NCBI GenBank assembly: GCA_963782655.1
Contig: CAWALA010000005.1
Span: 163,587-227,586, forward strand
From: an uncultured beta proteobacterium
GTDB lineage: Bacteria > Pseudomonadota > Gammaproteobacteria > Burkholderiales > SG8-39
DNA: 64,000 nt
Direction: 5' to 3'
Position numbers and translations under genes: made by a program. Every line of letters begins with the position of its first letter. Position 1 is the stretch's first letter. Positions 63,638 through 64,000 of the stretch are shown here, piece by piece. Under the pieces are notes generated by a model that was not told the origin of the DNA, searched no databases, and was given only the letters and a program-made list of their open reading frames with translations.

Positions 63638-64000
63638 ATGGACAAGGACCGACGCGCAACGCTGCGCACGCTTGGCGGCCTCGCCAGCCTCGCCCTGATG
63701 GGGCCGGCGATGGGCAAGGAGGCGATGCACGCGCGCGCAATCCCGTCGAGCGGCGAGAAGCTGCCGGTGATCGGCATCGGCACCTGGCAGACGTTCGACG
63801 TGGGTGGCGACGCGGCGGCGCGCGCCACGCTGAAGGAGGTGCTGCGCCTTTTCTTCGCCGGCGGCGGCCGCGTCGTGGATTCCTCGCCGATGTACGGCTC
63901 GAGCGAGTCGGTGGTGGGCGACGCCTGCGCCGCGCTCGGCATCTGCAAGCCGTTGTTCATGGCGACCAAGGTGTACACGCAAGGCCGCGACGAAGGCGTC
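63638..64000 (+). CDS. Aldo/keto reductase with Tat-like signal peptide, N-terminal fragment (continues past the right edge)
   Basis: ATG at 63638. MDKDRRATLRTLGGLASLALMGPAMGKEAMHARAIPSSGEKLPVIGIGTWQTFDVGGDAAARATLKEVLRLFFAGGGRVVDSSPMYGSSESVVGDA...MATKVY. AKR N-terminal pattern (GxGTW, DS/TAxxYG). Confidence 0.7.
   Translation, partial: MDKDRRATLRTLGGLASLALMGPAMGKEAMHARAIPSSGEKLPVIGIGTWQTFDVGGDAAARATLKEVLRLFFAGGGRVVDSSPMYGSSESVVGDACAALGICKPLFMATKVYTQGRDEGV

Overview
GC-rich chromosomal segment. The gene content looks betaproteobacterial: the dcw order has murB between murC and ddl, and there are several Bug/TctC-type binding proteins. I cannot name the species. No rRNA, tRNA, CRISPR array, transposase or integrase was recognised. 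Layout: (1) 1-15.3 kb, complete dcw cluster on the minus strand, mraZ to ftsA, with a putative Pmra/MraZ operator. (2) 15.4-29.6 kb, catabolic and transport genes: Ldh_2 dehydrogenase, 3-oxoacid CoA-transferase A/B, a TAXI-TRAP system plus a Bug binding protein in one operon with M24 hydrolase, RidA and a HIBADH-like enzyme, then an IlvD/Edd dehydratase, acyl-CoA dehydrogenase, AraC regulator and SDR. (3) 29.6-33.3 kb, a three-gene operon: a TPR + DUF560/Slam-like outer-membrane barrel followed by two paralogous secreted FecR-domain proteins with Thr-rich tails. This is my best candidate for an undescribed system. (4) 33.5-36.2 kb, Bug binding protein, HpcH aldolase, 2-hydroxyacid dehydrogenase. 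(5) 36.2-40.6 kb, Fur box, hemP, small Cys-containing ORF, FTR1 permease, then a second TAXI-TRAP system. (6) 40.9-48.1 kb, one giant (about 2400 codon) DUF4114 + cadherin + RTX-type repeat protein built from three super-repeats, each ending in a type I secretion C-terminal-target-like domain. (7) 48.1-64 kb, NfeD/SPFH/VOC operon, hydratase + family III CoA-transferase, an orphan DGQHR (DndB-like) gene with an RHH gene, DUF1223, LLM oxidoreductase, a LemA-M48-FAD/FeS oxidoreductase-ankyrin operon, and a TLC-like transporter flanked by two Tat-signal oxidoreductases. Caveat: many genes, including essential dcw genes, are broken by single-base frame switches. These are packed into blocks that alternate with multi-kb error-free blocks, so I treat them as assembly or consensus errors rather than pseudogenes. 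Coordinates I derived by hand, especially start codons, may be off by a few bases.
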